Positions 61,501 to 64,000 of a stretch of 64,000 bases of DNA are shown piece after piece (positions within the stretch are counted from its first letter, which is position 1; each line of letters begins with the position of its first letter). The notes below the pieces were generated by a model that saw only the letters and a list, made by a program, of their open reading frames with translations, made no database searches and was not told the DNA's origin. Source of the DNA: a virus; the IMG/VR virus record IMGVR_UViG_3300032897_000002, positions 17,533 through 81,532 of that record. The stretch is one strand, 5' to 3'. A program made the position numbers and the translations under genes.

Positions 61501-63739
61501 TTGTGCCGGGGCTTGGGAATCGGATGTCTAACTGGAGGGTATCGCCCACGTAAAGCCGCGAGTTGAGCCAGATTTCACGATATTCCTGAATCCATCCTGA
61601 GTTTGCGGGGATAGCAATGGTGAGGCCGTTGCTTGAGGATATGTCCATCGGCGCGACCCGGCCCACGGCGGAATTCGAGAACACGCTGCCCAGTGTAATG
61701 TTCACCACTGGATCATCCATCTGGGCAGCATAGGAACTATCCGTTTTCACCCAGAATGACAACTGGAGAGTCTTTCCACCCGAGTAGGTAAGCTGCTGCG
61801 AGATGATGCCATTCACCCCCGCGCTTCCGCAAGAGGTCACCTTGAGGGACCGCCCTACCGCCGTGAGGTGATAGACGGTGTTATCGACCACGGCCCCAGA
61901 ACAGTTCGAGAGGCTCCAGGGCGCACCGGGCGCGTTGCCGGGAGTGTCGCCAGCGAAGTCGGTGTCACTCCAAAGATTCGTAGTGGTCGGCGTGCTGGGC
62001 CAGGGTGGAATGGCCGTGATGCCGCCGATGGGAAGTGGGAGCGTGGCAGGACCGTACTGGTAGGCCCCCATGTCCCACGCGCTGGACACGGGCCTAAATA
62101 CATTAGCCAAGTCATAATCCAACTGGGATACCCCAAGGCCAGTCAAGTTTGCCGCTGCCGAACGTGCTGGAGAGCTTGAACTGAGGCCGTAGGTGACCGT
62201 CAGCAAGGGATTCGACGTGATACTGTGGGCATCGGGACTAGCACCGTTGAAAAATGTCTTCGTCTTCCAATTCGTGTAAGTGACGTATCCCGTGCGGAAA
62301 TAAAACTGGTTGCTGCCAAGTCCGTAATAGGTATTGTAATCGGAGAGGGTCATGTCGGTTGCGGAACCGTTCATGTTCACCCCGATTTGGCAATTCGAGA
62401 TGTTATTTTCCCAAGTCTCACCACCGCCGCTGTTGATGATGAACGGGTAGCTTTGGCTGGACGATGAGCAGACTACGGTGTTGTTGTAGAAGGCGTTGTG
62501 CGAGCCATCGTAGACACTTCCACCCCCACTATGCGCGTCCGAGCCTGCCTGGACATAGGTAAATTGCGTGGGGGACGTGACGGTGATCTGAAACGTGCCT
62601 TGAAAGGAAGTATCGGAAGTTCCGTAGATGAAATCCCACTCACCGCTCGTCCGGTTATGGGCACTGGTAGTCGTAACTGTGACCACTCCTCCGCTTCGGC
62701 ACAGTCCCGCCGATCCGCACACGGCATTGTCGGCCGCAATCGTGGCCTTTGAGACGGCCTTGGTATACAAGTTTCCAGCCGCATAATTGTTCGTGCCCGT
62801 GGACACGCAAAGATTGTTGAACACCAGGGCTCCCGAAATCTGTTCCAACTCAAGGCACGCTGTCGCGTTGATGCCGGGATCGCCCACCATCGTATTGTTG
62901 AAAATCATGGCGCCCGTCGTAGAGGACCCGGTTTGCACCATGTAATAGTGTATGGGAGCGTCGTGGATTCCGCTCCCATCCCAGTATGTGTTGGGGGAAA
63001 GGACGTTGTTATAGACCCAGATATTGGTGGCGATGGCATTCGCCCCGCCGTCACCCACGTTGATGGCGACGGAAGAGCAGCAGGACGAATTGCTGTAGAT
63101 GCTTTCGTTCTGGGTATTGTAGCCTCCGTTGTAGGTGACGACGATGCACCACCACATGATCCCCGTGCAGGCGTTGCCGTGAATCAGGCCGTTGGTATCG
63201 TTCCAGGTCGTAATCCCGAACCCGAAGGCGTTGGCGTCCGCTGAGCCCTGAAAGCGATACCAGAGTTGCCCGATGTTCCAATTCCGGATCTCGACGTTCG
63301 TCCCGTACTCGCTGACAATCCCATCCGTCTGCTGCTGGTAGGTGAGTCCTACGCCGTTCTGTGTGGAGCTAATCGTTCCGCCGTTGCCGTCCAGGATGAT
63401 GTAGCTCTTCCCGTTCACGTTGATGGCCCCGGTGGTGGGCCAGGCATAGTTCACAAAAGAACACGGTGAGCCAGCGTCGCAGACAATCGTGATGGGATTC
63501 CCCGCGCTTCCACTTGCCTGCACGGTCAGAGCAGTTGACGTGTTGTCGGTGTAGGTAAAGGCCCCGCACAGATGGATGGTGTCGCCCGCCGTGTAGTGTC
63601 CAGCCGTGTTAAACCACGCGGCAGAATTGGCGCTGGCACAGGAGCTTCCCGCGCCTCCTCCCGCTTGGGTCACGTAGTAGGTCGCAGCGTACCCTTGCGA
63701 AACAAAAAACAAAATGGCAATGAACCAGAGGTTTTTCAT
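58565..63739 (-). CDS. Large secreted multidomain protein: right-handed beta-helix, carbohydrate-binding-like module, possible glycoside-hydrolase-like domain
   Basis: Signal peptide MKNLWFIAILFFVSQGYA, ATYYV start, YNN/FNN beta-helix repeats, WDMGAYQY, GYYVADEP. Confidence 0.65.
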   Translation of the reverse strand: MKNLWFIAILFFVSQGYAATYYVTQAGGGAGSSCASANSAAWFNTAGHYTAGDTIHLCGAFTYTDNTSTALTVQASGSAGNPITIVCDAGSPCSFVNYAWPTTGAINVNGKSYIILDGNGGTISSTQNGVGLTYQQQTDGIVSEYGTNVEIRNWNIGQLWYRFQGSADANAFGFGITTWNDTNGLIHGNACTGIMWWCIVVTYNGGYNTQNESIYSNSSCCSSVAINVGDGGANAIATNIWVYNNVLSPNTYWDGSGIHDAPIHYYMVQTGSSTTGAMIFNNTMVGDPGINATACLELEQISGALVFNNLCVSTGTNNYAAGNLYTKAVSKATIAADNAVCGSAGLCRSGGVVTVTTTSAHNRTSGEWDFIYGTSDTSFQGTFQITVTSPTQFTYVQAGSDAHSGGGSVYDGSHNAFYNNTVVCSSSSQSYPFIINSGGGETWENNISNCQIGVNMNGSATDMTLSDYNTYYGLGSNQFYFRTGYVTYTNWKTKTFFNGASPDAHSITSNPLLTVTYGLSSSSPARSAAANLTGLGVSQLDYDLANVFRPVSSAWDMGAYQYGPATLPLPIGGITAIPPWPSTPTTTNLWSDTDFAGDTPGNAPGAPWSLSNCSGAVVDNTVYHLTAVGRSLKVTSCGSAGVNGIISQQLTYSGGKTLQLSFWVKTDSSYAAQMDDPVVNITLGSVFSNSAVGRVAPMDISSSNGLTIAIPANSGWIQEYREIWLNSRLYVGDTLQLDIRFPSPGTTAGTIWIAEPSVVEADFPLQNDITYPNFHGYLWSDKVPSQTYYGPSPAAGKIAGNIELAMPYSAFNAGDTNFSTYSVALYVDTAAGCANATGHRQTISITPPTQTVTLPQTFGAWNLGVVHWNFDAATWIAGLGNAAENPPATAYYVCTAATVNSVTYTIPDYRFYYVSPAFRATLTNYSDSDGAIVHRSQRQIDWGAYDSWTAKNRTGTSPGLYSGFGATTSYENLIAGMGSTPPLSTSNATHSGMLITTNGSQAVLDYQINNFNSLMSPFNLFPAVNVTPGSDQLSPWLTVAQVYGFSHFQISNTLYGTGWDEAGQDSANTIPTSPSSVTIGQGGSGDIKDDGTHYAWVEIVPKYWSSLGQAGNTLQRGMTSAAVVSSSAFANATNNYVTVALPSCQGRQIGWGIHVAASTSNSTAPSGDAFYSYSGAENTPFVSCGQTSVTLIGDGTSGGNQGSLNFAYGPILPTSNTVANTPAAVTCTSSCTGTATVNVIIQAVSPGLVSLPSPGFAAVAGSTLTLPALGTGQTGFYISQASSASPNNPWNYFLQTPVGSPVLGGSTYVVPTGAAMSVQQIAPIDTTLLSRPSWESGSPTVTDPSFWQLYTAVMDGSQKAGAQGYYVADEPHPQSTANVWRQMMSPAGMQQNGSYDMFSWGVLVDNTAYRIWRNVLDLVGNDPYCCGSASLADLVWAGDQSRNATIYNGTNNSTGLTSGTSGGVMAPQNSDVGAWVLGRDTYGAKSYLGVIQQFQKVSLERGFPYAELRRAAWKQLIGCEETGNLGCGSMMWNWGNGDAMDIFYYQYANTQAYLDAVQLGQEINSWQYVLESPTLDSSAPTGMAGYYPPGVGTIVSNVTTSQTPAAACGITARAGNYTDSTLFPFGPVRFVTKAIGGSYYIFATNLCGSINSNGTGGTAYAPTFTLTNVIPSGSTVNVVGESRTITMSGHTFTDTSSNWQDQEVHIYQIGGPGAPTMTTAENRK

Positions 63740-63744
63740 GGTAG

Positions 63745-64000
63745 TTAGAAGTTAGTATACTGAATTCCGCACGTTGGTTCAGTCATTGTCCCTGCCGTAG
63801 CGCTCACGGCTATTTGCACGGCGAGGGTCGAACCTGCCGTAACGCTTAGATTGTGGCCAGCGTTGGTATCGCTGCAATAGTTGTTTCCGCCAGTCGTCAT
63901 GGTGCAAGTCAAGCTGGAGGACGTGGCTGTGGTTACCCCAAGCGCCGCCGAGACCAAGGTAACGGTGAACGTCTGTGCAGAACCGGCTGGAGCCGCAGCG
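63745..64000 (-). CDS. C-terminal part of a beta-rich protein, 5' end outside the window
   Basis: Thr/Ser/Gly-rich open frame running to the window edge. Confidence 0.5.
   Translation of the reverse strand, partial: AAAPAGSAQTFTVTLVSAALGVTTATSSSLTCTMTTGGNNYCSDTNAGHNLSVTAGSTLAVQIAVSATAGTMTEPTCGIQYTNF

Overview
This window is part of a tailed dsDNA phage or prophage genome. No integrase or att site is visible, and the host cannot be determined from the sequence. Almost everything is on the minus strand. Read right to left, it holds a large secreted beta-helix protein, a lysis-like membrane cluster, recombination and replication genes (VRR-NUC, cold-shock protein, annealing protein, DEDD and Cas4-like exonucleases, SMC-like ATPase, ASCH, Gp37/Gp68, ParB-like, replication initiator, DnaB), a short plus-strand early cluster (LPD29), terminase small and large subunits, a DNA methyltransferase, many small ORFs, and a head module (portal, scaffold, major capsid). 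Two IS1-family transposases with apparent passenger genes are present. The most striking element is a self-contained operon between scaffold and capsid genes (about 2740-5975). A sigma70 promoter drives four Y-RNA-like ncRNAs (three circularly permuted tRNA-like, one in normal tRNA order), which share a covarying terminal stem and conserved loop motifs. An HNH nuclease gene lies inside the RNA array, followed by a divergent Ro60/TROVE-like vWA protein, a helical partner and an RHH-type regulator. Other notable features are a group I intron splitting the capsid gene, a histidine-phosphatase domain inserted in the probable portal, an Ntn-protease passenger gene, and a shared operator-like motif in several promoters. 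All calls come from motifs read by eye; no database searches were run.
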